The notes under the pieces were generated by a model, which searched no databases, was not told the DNA's origin, and was given only the letters and a program-made list of their open reading frames with translations. A DNA stretch of 64,000 nucleotides from Candidatus Methanosuratincola verstraetei (lineage in GTDB: Archaea; Thermoproteota; Methanomethylicia; Methanomethylicales; Methanomethylicaceae), in contig CP186953.1 in NCBI GenBank assembly GCA_049570475.1, forward strand, positions 608,001 to 672,000, given 5' to 3'. Positions 1 through 9,866 of the stretch are shown here, in pieces; the first letter of the stretch is position 1; every line of letters starts with the position of its first letter. The position numbers were made by a program, and so were the translations under genes.

Positions 1-382
1 CGTCGAGGATCCCTACCCTGTCGCCGTCCCTCAGCGGGCTGCCTACAATGAGGCCCCCTTCCCCGTGCCCCTTAGCCTCCTTTCTGTTGAAGGCGAAGCG
101 GATGCTCTTGCCGTGGTCCCTGAAGAGCGCGACCGCGGTCGAGACCGCGATGGGTATGCCCTTGTAGGATGGGCCGAAGAGGACGTCCGTTGAGTCCAGG
201 AGCCCCATCTCGATCAGCGCCCTGGCGTAGAAGCCGCCGAGCCTGGAGGCGGCCTCGCCGTCCGCCAGAACCCCCAGGTTGACGAAGTAGGGCGAAGGGC
301 GCCCGCTCTTGAGCGTGAATGAACCGAACCTGACCGCCCCGCTCCGGATCAGGAAAAACGCGAACTCAGACTTGAGGCTCAC
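1..382 (-). CDS. pyrE: Orotate phosphoribosyltransferase (3' end runs off the window)
   Basis: Not in the ORF track. Manual translation from GTG at 382 gives [37 protein letters not shown]...[13 protein letters not shown]...[14 protein letters not shown]...VGILD, with GGTGA SD upstream, next to the pyr operon. Confidence 0.95.
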   Translation of the reverse strand, partial: MSLKSEFAFFLIRSGAVRFGSFTLKSGRPSPYFVNLGVLADGEAASRLGGFYARALIEMGLLDSTDVLFGPSYKGIPIAVSTAVALFRDHGKSIRFAFNRKEAKGHGEGGLIVGSPLRDGDRVGILD

Positions 383-516
383 TTGAGATCACCTTGATCT
401 GCCTGTAGATGAAATGCACAGGACACCAATTTATAGATGCCCTGCGGGCCAATCAAGCCCGCGCGCACACGTGCGCATCCGCGCAATTGCATACAGCCCC
501 GCCCCAATGCCCCGAA

Positions 517-2157
517 TCACTCATTGATGCCAACGAGTCGCCCGCTCGCCCTCCGCTTGTGCCTGCCGAAGTCCCTGCCTCCGGCGAGGTCGGAGTACCT
601 GAAGACGGGGCCGTCGACGCAGATCCTGTAACCGTCGAGCGCGCAGCTCCCGCAGAGTCCGATCCCGCACTTGGTGTACCTCTCGACGACGCAGAAGATC
701 TTCGAGGGCGGAGACACGGACGACTCGAGTTCGGCTGCCTTGACCATCATCATCTCCGGCCCGCAGTTGAGGAACTCGCGCCCCGGCAGTTCGCTGATCC
801 TCACGCGCATGAGGTCGGTCACCAGGCCGCGGATCCCCGTGGATCCGTCCTCGGTCGAGACGTGCGTCTCGGCTGCAGATGAGAGCGAGTCGAGCAGCGG
901 GAGGTCCGATGAGGTCCTCCCCCCTACGAAGATGCCGTCCACCATGCCACTGAACCGCCTGGCGGCGAAGTGGACAGGCGCAACCCCGGACCCCCCGCCT
1001 ACGAGGCAAGAAGGGCCCTGGGGCGCCCAGCTGTTGCCGTAGGGACCCCTCAGGAAGACCTCGTCACCCTCCTCCAGGGAGACCAGTGCCCTGCTCACCG
1101 GGCCCACGGCGCGGACCAGGAGCAGGACGGGATCCGAGTCGGCGAGGGAGAATGGCTTCTCCCCCTTTCCCGGCAGGAGGACCTGGACGAACTGCCCCGG
1201 CGCGGCCCTGATCGATCCGTCGAGCCTGATCGCCCTCATCCCCGATCCCCATGCCTCCCTGACCGTGAACCTGGAGTACCCCATCGGGGGCGGATCAGGA
1301 GCCGCAGCGGATCCGGAGTGGAGTGAGTCGATGAATGATCCCGCTGCGCTTGTGCTCATCCCCCAAAGCGCGGTGCCGACCCCGAAGAGCCGGGCACCCG
1401 CAGACCTGAACTCCTCGACATCCTTCCGGGAAGAGATCCCGCCCATCCCGATTATGGGCACGTGGACAGACTCCCGGACCTCCCTCACGCACCTTAAGGC
1501 GATCTCCTTTATCGCCGGGCCAGAGAGGCCCCCGAGGGAGTTCTTCAGGAGCGGCCAGCCCCACTCTGAGGCGAACTCGAGCGGACCGACCGTGTTCACT
1601 GCCACTATCCCGTCCGCGCCAGCCTCGACCGCTGCCCTGGCGACCGTCCCGACGAGCCCTGGGCTCGGGGTCACCTTCGCGAAGATCGGCAAGTCCACCG
1701 CTCCCCTGACCGCCGCCACGACCTCCCTGACCGTCGAAGGGCAGGTGCCGATCGCGGCGCCGTAGCCCGAGGCGTGAGGGCAGGAGAGGTTCAGCTCGAT
1801 CCAGTCGGCGCAGCCAGCCACCTTCGCCGCCACAGACGCGAACTCGGCAGGGGTCCCGCCGAAGACCGAGACCATCAGGACCTTCCCCTGGCCGTTCAGA
1901 TCCTTCCTGACCCCGGCGGATTCCCTCACGAACTCGTCCGCCCCAGGGTTCGAGAGGCCGACCGAGTTGACAAGCGATCCCCCAACGGAGGCGACTATCG
2001 GCTCCTTGTAGCCCTCGCGCTCGGAGATCCCTATGCTCTTAGTGGTGATTACGCCCAGCCGCTCCGACGACTTAGCGACCCTGAGTATGATGTCTGGGGT
2101 CGAGGCGATTATCCCCGACGGCAGGACGAACTCGCCGGACGGAAGCTCAAGCCGCAT
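517..2157 (-). CDS. pyrD: Fused dihydroorotate dehydrogenase family 1B catalytic subunit (PyrD) and electron-transfer subunit (PyrK)
   Basis: N-half has ITTKS, ELNLSCPH, GGLSGPAIK and IGMGGI. C-half has PGQF, EKPFS, RGPYG, GGGSG, CGPE and the CGIGLCGSC...C-DGPVF [2Fe-2S] motif. ATG 2157 is preferred over the track start at 2196. Confidence 0.92.
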   Translation of the reverse strand: MRLELPSGEFVLPSGIIASTPDIILRVAKSSERLGVITTKSIGISEREGYKEPIVASVGGSLVNSVGLSNPGADEFVRESAGVRKDLNGQGKVLMVSVFGGTPAEFASVAAKVAGCADWIELNLSCPHASGYGAAIGTCPSTVREVVAAVRGAVDLPIFAKVTPSPGLVGTVARAAVEAGADGIVAVNTVGPLEFASEWGWPLLKNSLGGLSGPAIKEIALRCVREVRESVHVPIIGMGGISSRKDVEEFRSAGARLFGVGTALWGMSTSAAGSFIDSLHSGSAAAPDPPPMGYSRFTVREAWGSGMRAIRLDGSIRAAPGQFVQVLLPGKGEKPFSLADSDPVLLLVRAVGPVSRALVSLEEGDEVFLRGPYGNSWAPQGPSCLVGGGSGVAPVHFAARRFSGMVDGIFVGGRTSSDLPLLDSLSSAAETHVSTEDGSTGIRGLVTDLMRVRISELPGREFLNCGPEMMMVKAAELESSVSPPSKIFCVVERYTKCGIGLCGSCALDGYRICVDGPVFRYSDLAGGRDFGRHKRRASGRLVGINE

Positions 2158-3475
2158 ATGTGACTGCACTCCCCCTAACCGGGTAGAACTCACCACGCAT
2201 ATAAGCTAGAGAGCCGCCGAGGACGGTCGCGACCGGCCATCCCTTGAGGACCATGCCCTCGTAAGGCGTCCACCCGCACTTGTAGTGCAGTGCGTCGGGA
2301 TCGACCCTCCGCTCCTCCCTCGGGTCTACCAGGACGATGTCCGCGTCCCTCCCGGGCTCGATCGACCCCTTGCCCCTCACCCTGAATATCCTTGCCGGGG
2401 AGTGGCTCATCAGCCTGACGATCTCCTCGAGCCTGATCATCCCCCGCAGGGAGGCGTCAACCATCAATGGGAGGGAAGTCTCCACGCCGGGGACCCCCGA
2501 CGGCGGGGAGTCGGACTCCTTAGCCTCCCGCGTGTGCGGGGCATGGTCAGACCCGATCACGTCGATCTTGCCCTCGAGCAGCGCCCTCCACAGCGAGGCC
2601 CTGTCAGCCTCTTCCCTGAGCGGGGGGTTAACCTTCGCGTAAGCGCCTATCCTACGCATCATGTCCGATGTCAGGAAGAGGTGGTGTGGGGTGGCCTCCC
2701 TGTAGAACGGGCTGGCGAGGGCTGCCTCCTCGTAGGAGGTGACGTGGCAGACGTAGACCCTCCCCTCCTTTCCGACCGAGAGGAGCTTCCTTATCGCCGT
2801 CAGGGCGGCCCTCTTGGGGCGGCGGGAGGCGTGGTCTGGCGCCGATTCATGCGCCCGTATCACGGACTCGTCCTCGGCGTGCACCGAGATCATCTTGGCG
2901 CTGTTGGCGAACCCCCTTATCGCTCCCAAGTCCGTGAGGAGGAGATCGCCTGTCGAGCTGCCCATGAAGATCTTCACAGAGGCGGCGAGCTGCCCGGGCG
3001 GGGGAGGTATCGGCGTCGCGGTGGAGATCCCGACCGCGACGAGCTCGCCCAGGTTCGAGGCGGTCGCCCCGAAGTGGAAGCCGTAGTTGACGCATGGGCT
3101 GGAGGACTCCACGATCCTGAACTTCTCGAGGAGCCGATCGAGTGTGGTGGTAGGGGGCGAGGTGTTGGGCATGTCGAGGACGGTGGTGACGCCCCCTGCG
3201 ATCGCGGCCCTCGACCCGCTCACCCAGTCCTCGGAGTTCATCCCGGGCTGCCTGAAGTGGACGTGCGGATCCACAACCCCCGGGAGGACGAGGAGTCCCT
3301 CTGCCTCGATCACGAGGTCCGCCTCAGGGGAGAGGGTCGTCAGGGAAACGATCTTGCCCCCCTTCACAAAGACGTTTGCGCGCGCCATCCCGCGGGGGCT
3401 GACAACGGTGCCGCCCCTGATGAGCAGCGTCCCGATCCCGCCTCCCGTTACCGGCCCTGCCGAGCCATCCGCCAT
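2147..3475 (-). CDS. pyrC: Dihydroorotase
   Basis: DPHVHFR, DMPNT, KIFMGSSTG, HAED, KVNPPLR and SDHAPH motifs; pyr operon context. Confidence 0.93.
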   Translation of the reverse strand: MADGSAGPVTGGGIGTLLIRGGTVVSPRGMARANVFVKGGKIVSLTTLSPEADLVIEAEGLLVLPGVVDPHVHFRQPGMNSEDWVSGSRAAIAGGVTTVLDMPNTSPPTTTLDRLLEKFRIVESSSPCVNYGFHFGATASNLGELVAVGISTATPIPPPPGQLAASVKIFMGSSTGDLLLTDLGAIRGFANSAKMISVHAEDESVIRAHESAPDHASRRPKRAALTAIRKLLSVGKEGRVYVCHVTSYEEAALASPFYREATPHHLFLTSDMMRRIGAYAKVNPPLREEADRASLWRALLEGKIDVIGSDHAPHTREAKESDSPPSGVPGVETSLPLMVDASLRGMIRLEEIVRLMSHSPARIFRVRGKGSIEPGRDADIVLVDPREERRVDPDALHYKCGWTPYEGMVLKGWPVATVLGGSLAYMRGEFYPVRGSAVTYAA

Positions 3476-3484
3476 CTGGCTGCC

Positions 3485-3958
3485 TCAGCCCCTGAACCGG
3501 AGGTCCTCAGCTTTGACCTCGTACCCGCAGTAGTGGCAGGCGATTGTGACCGGGGACCGGCTGACGGTGACCATGCGCGTAGGCACCGGCTCCTTGTTGG
3601 TGATGCAGTTGGCGTTCGAGCATACGGCGATCCCCTCGACCACGTCAGGTATCGTGACCTTCCGCTTCTCGACGAGCTCAGAGTTGCGGATGATGTTCAC
3701 TGTCGCGTTCGGGGCGAAGAGCGCTATGCGGCTGCACTCCTCGTCCGTCAGGAAGCGGTTCTCGACCTTTATCAGGTCCTTCCTGCCGTACTTGGTCGAC
3801 TTCAGGTTCTGCCCGATGATCACCACCGCCCCCTCAGTGAGCCCGAGCATCTGTGCTATCCTGACGGCCTTCCCGGGCGGGAGGTGGTCGATCACGGTCC
3901 CGTTCTCTATCGGGCTGACTATCATCCCCTTCTTCGCGCCGCCGGCTTGGGCGTTCAA
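3485..3958 (-). CDS. pyrI: Aspartate carbamoyltransferase regulatory chain
   Basis: IENGTVIDH, KDLIKVE, CSNANCIT...CHYC zinc site. Confidence 0.97.
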   Translation of the reverse strand: MNAQAGGAKKGMIVSPIENGTVIDHLPPGKAVRIAQMLGLTEGAVVIIGQNLKSTKYGRKDLIKVENRFLTDEECSRIALFAPNATVNIIRNSELVEKRKVTIPDVVEGIAVCSNANCITNKEPVPTRMVTVSRSPVTIACHYCGYEVKAEDLRFRG

Positions 3959-4902
3959 GAGATCCCCCCCAAGACCATCGCCAGGAGGGCTGCCCTGATC
4001 GGGACGCCGTTCCCGGCCTGCTTGAAGTAGTAAGACCTAGAGTCGTCGTCAACGTCTACCGATATCTCGTCGACCCTCGGCAGCGGGTGCATCACCCTCA
4101 TTGTCGGCTTCGCCGGCTGCAGCGTCTTCCTGGTGACGCGGTAGACCCCCCTCACCTTGTTGTACTCGTTCTCGTCGGGGAACCTCTCCCTCTGGATCCG
4201 GGTCATGTAGAGTATGTCGGCCTCGCCGATTACCTCCTCTATCGACGTGTGGAGGGTGCATTCGACCCCGCGGGAGGCGAGGTAAGAGATGATGTGGTGA
4301 GGCATCTGGAGCTGCTCCGGGGCGACGAGCCTGATCCTGCAGCTGTAGAGCCCGAGCGCATAGGCTAGGGAGTGGACGGTCCTGCCGTATTTCAGGTCCC
4401 CGACCATCGCTATCGTCAGCCCGTCTATCCTGCCCTGGGACTGCGCGATGGTGTAGAGGTCGAGCATTGTCTGCGTCGGGTGCTCGTTCCTCCCGTCCCC
4501 GCCGTTGATTACCGGGACCTTCTTCTCCCCGCGCGCCGCCCTCCTGGACGTTATGTCCGCAGCCCACCTGGCGGCCCCGTCGTAGGGGTGGCGGATCACT
4601 ATCGCGTCCGCGTAGTTTGCAACGGTCTCAATCGTGTCCTTCAGGGTCTCGCCCTTCATCACCGAGGTCCCCTCGACGCCCGCGAACCAGACCGTGTCCG
4701 CGCCTAGCGACTGCGCAGCCGCCTGGAAGCTGAGGCGCGTGCGCGTGCTTGGCTCGTAGAAGAGGAGGGAGATGCGCTTGCCCTTCAGCAGCCCCCTGTC
4801 GTAGCCCTCCTTCTCCATCCTCCTGGCGACCCCGAAGATACTGTCCAGGTCCTCCCTGGAGAAGTCCCTAATCGAAACGATGTCCCTATTCATGAAGCCC
4901 AA
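3955..4902 (-). CDS. pyrB: Aspartate carbamoyltransferase catalytic chain
   Basis: FYEPSTRTRLSF, HPTQ, GDLKYGRTVHSL, HPLPR. Confidence 0.98.
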   Translation of the reverse strand: MGFMNRDIVSIRDFSREDLDSIFGVARRMEKEGYDRGLLKGKRISLLFYEPSTRTRLSFQAAAQSLGADTVWFAGVEGTSVMKGETLKDTIETVANYADAIVIRHPYDGAARWAADITSRRAARGEKKVPVINGGDGRNEHPTQTMLDLYTIAQSQGRIDGLTIAMVGDLKYGRTVHSLAYALGLYSCRIRLVAPEQLQMPHHIISYLASRGVECTLHTSIEEVIGEADILYMTRIQRERFPDENEYNKVRGVYRVTRKTLQPAKPTMRVMHPLPRVDEISVDVDDDSRSYYFKQAGNGVPIRAALLAMVLGGIS

Positions 4903-5016
4903 TCGGATTCCACCTGGGGGGATCGGATTGGCTGAGAACTCAGCGGCGACTGGAATGCCGAGCTTGCGCCATGTTTCCGGGTGATATTAACCCATCAGAA
5001 CCTTCAGTCCCTCTTT

Positions 5017-5032
5017 CTATTTAAGATTTTTC
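5017..5032 (-). promoter_or_regulatory. Putative BRE/TATA promoter of the pyr operon
   Basis: Minus strand reads GAAAAATCTTAAATAG about 115 nt upstream of pyrB. Confidence 0.5.
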
Positions 5033-5163
5033 GGTTCGGATCGCGGGATGGCGCACGGCATACCGATGGGGGCACGTGGTTTGGCAGGAGGACTTGAAGG
5101 CAGGGAAGGATGGGACGCCTGGAAATGAAGTGCGGCAGAAAAAGGATGCGCGGGGTCCCGCTT

Positions 5164-5661
5164 TCAGTCCCTCTTCATCATGAGCAGGACTCCCTTCGCG
5201 ACCCCGAGGGCAGGCGGGACCAGGAAGAGGGCCATCAGCATTGCCATGTCCACGCGGATCGAGAGGGACAATTCCATCGGGAGACCCCCCACCAACTGAT
5301 CGACAGGGGCTGCCACGGAGATGGCGCCGCCGTGGAAGAACAGGAAGACGTAGGCGGCGAAGATCAGGCTCAGGGCTATCGTGAGGGGGCCGTAAGCCTT
5401 TGTCCCCCTGAAGAGGGCGCAGAGGAAGATCGCCGGCGCCAAAGCAAGCCCCACGGACGGCAGCGCAGGTTCGATGAGCGAGGAGATCACACCCGCAGCC
5501 TGGGGCGGGATCTCCACCCCCGCCAGATTGGAGGCGATCCCGAGTAAGTTCGCGGGGACATAGTAGAAGACAAGGAATGCGAGCCCGCCCAGGATGGCCC
5601 CCAGGGCAAGCCTGGCCGCGAGTGATGCACCAGAGACGTCCAGGTCGATCAGCCTAACCAT
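5164..5661 (-). CDS. Hypothetical membrane protein with about 4 TM segments
   Basis: Hydrophobic segments; start overlaps the stop of the upstream gene. Confidence 0.75.
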   Translation of the reverse strand: MVRLIDLDVSGASLAARLALGAILGGLAFLVFYYVPANLLGIASNLAGVEIPPQAAGVISSLIEPALPSVGLALAPAIFLCALFRGTKAYGPLTIALSLIFAAYVFLFFHGGAISVAAPVDQLVGGLPMELSLSIRVDMAMLMALFLVPPALGVAKGVLLMMKRD

Positions 5662-6811
5662 TCACAGGCACCTCCAAGGATGTGCTTCCTAATTGCGTGT
5701 CCATCGACAGGACCAGAGTCCCGGGCACGGAGAGGGCCCAGTTCGGAACAAGCATCTCCAGATCGCATACGAACCCGGATCCCGGCGGCACGTGGACCGG
5801 CACTGGCTGGCACTCCGCGACCAAGGATGAACCGACCACCAGACCGGCCTTTACCGAACCGTTCAGCGTGATCAGCTTGTTGGCGTTGGTGAAGGCGAAG
5901 GGCAAGATGAAGACCGAGTGGGTCGAGTTGTATGGCGTCACGGACGGCGACCCAAGGTACGGGGAGGCGACGGGCGGGTCCCACACCATCTCGACTGGGG
6001 TCGAGACTGAGTGGACCTGGATGCCGAAGATCTTGAAGCCTAATGTCGCGTTGCACCTGAAGGTCCTTCCCTCGAGCATGAGGGCAGTGGTGTTCTCGGG
6101 CAGCCTTAAGGAGAATTGGAGTTCGCCGGCGAACTCTGACCTCGGCGGCGCTTCCACCTCGAGGTGCCCTGATCCGATCTCAGATCCTGTGTCGGCGTCG
6201 ACGAGGAGGAAGTTGACCGACCCCTCGACGCTGATGCCGGAAGGGTTCTCGAAGCGGACCGGCATGGACGCGACTAAGTGGGTCGAGTTGTAGCCCAAGA
6301 GCACAGGTTCTCCAAGCTCAAAGTCCTTGACTGGGGGCTCCCACGGGATGCTCCCCGACAGATGCGCGGAGACCGAGACGAATGGAACGAGGGCTGCGCC
6401 CGCAGAGGCGCTCAGCGTGAGGTTCCTGGCCTGGCTGAAGAGGGCGGAGAGGCGCTCCTGCGGGATCTCCGAGAGGTCGATCCTGATTGAGACGGAACGC
6501 TGGGCTCCCCTCGCTCCGGCAGGGACGGAGAAGGGTTGCGAGGACGCCGATGCGATCAGCCCCCCGTCCTCATCCTTGAGATCTGCGGAGACGCGGATGT
6601 CCGAAACATCAAAGGGGCCGCTGTTCGAGACTGATATCGGGAACGAGATCTCGACCACCGATCCCGAGGAGTTGAACGACGGCTCGCCCACCCTGAGGGA
6701 CGAGACCACGGCGATGGCGTTCATTGCGACCAGGAACGTGACTGCGGAGGCGGCGACCACTGTCAGCACTATCAGGGCATTGAAGAGCTTTATTCCGGTT
6801 GAGAGCCTCAT
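5654..6811 (-). CDS. Membrane-anchored protein with repeated LEA_2/WHy-like beta-sandwich domains
   Basis: N-terminal TM helix; three repeats of a P-(I/V/F)-x-x-x-N pattern (FPISVSN, MPVRFEN, LPFAFTN), each preceded by a (G)EP/GSP...(Y/F)NS motif. Confidence 0.65.
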   Translation of the reverse strand: MRLSTGIKLFNALIVLTVVAASAVTFLVAMNAIAVVSSLRVGEPSFNSSGSVVEISFPISVSNSGPFDVSDIRVSADLKDEDGGLIASASSQPFSVPAGARGAQRSVSIRIDLSEIPQERLSALFSQARNLTLSASAGAALVPFVSVSAHLSGSIPWEPPVKDFELGEPVLLGYNSTHLVASMPVRFENPSGISVEGSVNFLLVDADTGSEIGSGHLEVEAPPRSEFAGELQFSLRLPENTTALMLEGRTFRCNATLGFKIFGIQVHSVSTPVEMVWDPPVASPYLGSPSVTPYNSTHSVFILPFAFTNANKLITLNGSVKAGLVVGSSLVAECQPVPVHVPPGSGFVCDLEMLVPNWALSVPGTLVLSMDTQLGSTSLEVPVNG

Positions 6812-6922
6812 CGAGACTACCCGGAACTATTATGCTCTAAAGGGGTTTAAAAGGTCGAGGGTGAATTATTTAAAAAATGAGATTGCGTTGTTTAGTTTCT
6901 GAAGAATGGACCACCCGCCGGT

Positions 6923-7807
6923 TCAATCCGGCATCTCGCCCCTGAGCCCCTTCAGCGACTCGCTGAGCTCCATGGGCTTGTTCTCAAGCAGCGCCCGTGC
7001 ATTGGAGGTGGCGAGGGAGGAGTCTACCGGGCGCTTGGCCACCCACCCCACCTCGCCCATGCTCGAAGGGATGAGGAGCTCCCAGTCGAGTCCGAAGGAC
7101 TTTGCGATGCTGAATGCAAAGTCGTACTTTGAGAGGCGTGTCGCCCCCGCAAGGTGCAGGGTGCCCTCAATCCTCCTGTCGGCAGCCTCGAAGAGCATCC
7201 TGACGAGGTTGCGGTCATACGTGGGGGTTATGAACTGGTCCGCGACGACCCTGAGCGGTGCGTGCGCCTTCAGCTTCCTGATTGCCCAGAGGGCAAAGTT
7301 GGGCTCTGCCTTGGCAGCCCTGGATCCAAAGACGAACGAGGTCCGGGCGACGAGGTGCCTTGCCCCCGAGGACCTGACAATGTCCTCGGCGAGGGCTTTC
7401 GTCTTGCCGAGGAAGTTCACAGGGTTCCGTTCATCCTCCTCCCTGTAGAGCCCTTTTGAACCGTCGAATACATAGTCGGAGGAGAGGAAGACGAGGAATG
7501 CCCCTGCATTTTTGGCAGCATCTGCAACGTTCCTGGTCCCCTCGACGTTCACCTGGGTCGCGAGATCCCTCTCCAGCTCGCACCTGTCGACGCCGGTGAT
7601 CGCCGCGGTATGGAAGACGACGTCCGGGCGCGCCCTCCTGAAGGCCTCGGAGACTGACTGCGGGCTGGTGACGTCCAGCTTCAGAGGGTAACCGAATGGG
7701 GGGTGATGCGCCAGGTACCCCGAGAAGACGGAGTCCCCCCGCGAGTCCGCGTGCTCGGCGATCCTCCCGCCGAGGAGCCCGCTTGCGCCGGTGATGAGCA
7801 GGTTCAA
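6923..7807 (-). CDS. rfbD: dTDP-4-dehydrorhamnose reductase family SDR
   Basis: ITGASGLLG, SSDYVFDG, DQFITPT, AKRP. The catalytic YxxxK reads LGKTK (NFLGKTK). Confidence 0.88.
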   Translation of the reverse strand: MNLLITGASGLLGGRIAEHADSRGDSVFSGYLAHHPPFGYPLKLDVTSPQSVSEAFRRARPDVVFHTAAITGVDRCELERDLATQVNVEGTRNVADAAKNAGAFLVFLSSDYVFDGSKGLYREEDERNPVNFLGKTKALAEDIVRSSGARHLVARTSFVFGSRAAKAEPNFALWAIRKLKAHAPLRVVADQFITPTYDRNLVRMLFEAADRRIEGTLHLAGATRLSKYDFAFSIAKSFGLDWELLIPSSMGEVGWVAKRPVDSSLATSNARALLENKPMELSESLKGLRGEMPD

Positions 7808-7868
7808 GGCTTCTCCACCATTTTATATTTGACCCTTAGGGCTATTAACTGTTGAGGGGGCATACGGG

Positions 7869-8642
7869 GTGGCGGACCGGATCGGGTGCAGCTCGAGCAC
7901 CGAGTGTGTGGAAAGGATTGCATCCATCCTCAGGGGGAGCAGGGATGCGGTGGCATTCACCGGGGCAGGGATCAGCACGGACAGCGGGATACCGGACTTC
8001 AGGGGGAGGCAGGGGCTCTGGAAGAGGTTCGACCCGAGGATGGCGACAAGGTCATTCATGCTGGAGGACCCCAGGGCGTTCTGGGAGTTCTACGCGATGC
8101 GCTTCGAGGCGCTCGCTGGAGCTGAGCCGAACCCCGGCCACAGGGCCCTTGCGAGGCTGGAGGGGGAGGGGCTCCTCGGGGCGGTGATAACGCAGAACAT
8201 CGACGGGCTCCACGCAAAGGCGGGATCGAGGAGGGCGATCGAGCTGCACGGGAACATGATGACCAGCAGGTGCGACGATTGCGGATCGGCCCAACCCACC
8301 GTGGAGTGCGTCTGGCTGGTGAGGGGGAAAGGGGAGGTGCCGAGGTGCGGTTGCGGCGGATTGATCAGGCCATCGGTTGTTCTCTTCGAGGAGCCGGTCG
8401 AGATGTTCGAGGCCGCGCTCAGGATCGCGCAGGAGAGCGACCTCTGCCTCGTGGTGGGGTCATCCCTCACGGTTTACCCGGCCGCGGCGATACCCGAGGC
8501 GGTTAAGGCAGCAGGGGGGAAGCTCATCATAGTGAACGCAGACCCGACCCCGCTCGACGCACACGCTGATCTCTTGGTCAGGGAGGGGGCGTCCCCTGCG
8601 TTGGCGGGGATCGTGAGGGCGCTCGGGCTCGGCGAGGTCTGA
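7869..8642 (+). CDS. cobB: NAD-dependent protein deacylase (sirtuin)
   Basis: FTGAGISTDSGIPDFRG, TQNIDGLH, ELHG, CxxC...CxC zinc site, GSSLTVYPAA. Confidence 0.95.
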   Translation: MADRIGCSSSTECVERIASILRGSRDAVAFTGAGISTDSGIPDFRGRQGLWKRFDPRMATRSFMLEDPRAFWEFYAMRFEALAGAEPNPGHRALARLEGEGLLGAVITQNIDGLHAKAGSRRAIELHGNMMTSRCDDCGSAQPTVECVWLVRGKGEVPRCGCGGLIRPSVVLFEEPVEMFEAALRIAQESDLCLVVGSSLTVYPAAAIPEAVKAAGGKLIIVNADPTPLDAHADLLVREGASPALAGIVRALGLGEV

Positions 8643-8815
8643 GCGGGGCGCAGGGGATTTCCCCTCCATCTGCGCGGTCCGTGATCCGAGCGGCACGCAG
8701 TCAAGAGAATAGCCAATAAATCGGGCATTAAAGCACGGTTGCTCGCGTAGCCGAGTCGATGTCCGGAATGCCAACGCTTATTTTTTCATTGCGACATAAT
8801 GGTGAGGGGGTAAAT

Positions 8816-9802
8816 TTGGTTCTGGTCCTCAGCAGCACCGAGGTCAGAGCGGCCCTGCCTATGCGTGAGGCGATAAGGTCCATCGAGGAGGGCTTCAGGG
8901 CACTCGGGGCGGGGAGGGCATTTGTCCCGAAGCGGCTGGTGGTCCCCGTCGAGGAGTTTGGCGGCAGCCTGCTCTGCATGCCAGCGTACATCACTGACCA
9001 GGAAGCCCTGGCGGTCAAGGCGGTATCGGTCTACCCGAGGAACCAAGAGATGGGGCGGCCGACCGTGAGCGCGGTCGCGATCCTCCTGGATCCAAGGACA
9101 GGGGAGCCGCTGGCAATGATCGAGGGAGGCTCGCTCACGGCGATCAGGACCGGCGCGGCGGCAGGGATTGCCACCAAGCGCCTGGCAGTGGACGGGGCGC
9201 GGAGGGTTGGCGTATTCGGGGCCGGGGCGGTAGGGAGGGCGGCTGTTGAGGCGGTCAAGGAGGTGCTCGGCGATCCGGTTGTCAAGGTATACGATGTGGT
9301 CAGGGCCAGGGCGGAGAGGTGCGCGAGGGAGATCTCCAGGAACCTCGAGATCAGCGCATCGGTCGCGTCTGATCCTAGGGATGCCGCCTCAGGGGCTGAC
9401 GTGATCGTGACCGCGACGACTTCGGAGACTCCAGTCTTCGACGGCAGGTGCCTGGAGTCAGGGGCGCACGTCAATGCGATGGGGTCCCACAGCCCCGATG
9501 CGAGGGAGATCGACACGGCAACGCTCCTGAGGGCGAGGGGGCGGATCGTCCTGGACTCGAAGGAGGCGTGCATGGCGGAGGCTGGCGACATACTGATCCC
9601 AATGGCGGAGGGCGCGATACGCGAGTCGGACATATTCGGCGAGCTAGGGGAGGTCATAGCCAAGGGGAAAGCGGTCAGGCGGTCGGACAGGGACGTGACG
9701 CTCTTCAAGTCCGTCGGCGTCGCGGTGCAGGACGCTGCGGCTGCGGCTGCGGTCTACAAGATAGCTAAGGCTGCCGGCATAGGTAGGGAGATCCAGCTCT
9801 GA
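8816..9802 (+). CDS. Ornithine cyclodeaminase / mu-crystallin family protein (possible alanine dehydrogenase)
   Basis: LTAIRTGAAAG, GAGAVG, DVIVTAT, FKSVGVAVQD; TTG 8816 follows a GGTGAGG SD. Confidence 0.9.
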   Translation: MVLVLSSTEVRAALPMREAIRSIEEGFRALGAGRAFVPKRLVVPVEEFGGSLLCMPAYITDQEALAVKAVSVYPRNQEMGRPTVSAVAILLDPRTGEPLAMIEGGSLTAIRTGAAAGIATKRLAVDGARRVGVFGAGAVGRAAVEAVKEVLGDPVVKVYDVVRARAERCAREISRNLEISASVASDPRDAASGADVIVTATTSETPVFDGRCLESGAHVNAMGSHSPDAREIDTATLLRARGRIVLDSKEACMAEAGDILIPMAEGAIRESDIFGELGEVIAKGKAVRRSDRDVTLFKSVGVAVQDAAAAAAVYKIAKAAGIGREIQL

Positions 9803-9866
9803 ACGGGGAGGGGGGCGGATTGGCGGGCCCCGTAGGCCGGTCTGCTGGGATCGGCAGGCATGCGTT

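Noticed and set aside
2285-4030. Long antisense and alternative-frame ORFs here and throughout the GC-rich parts (e.g. 11725..12672, 33985..34899, 60884..61813)
   Set aside because: Shadow ORFs expected at high GC opposite well-supported genes; no motifs.
7869-8642. Sirtuin as a Thoeris/DSR-type defence NADase, or as a partner of the ADP-ribosylglycohydrolase
   Set aside because: It is a canonical zinc-binding CobB-type deacylase in housekeeping context, 16 kb from the hydrolase.
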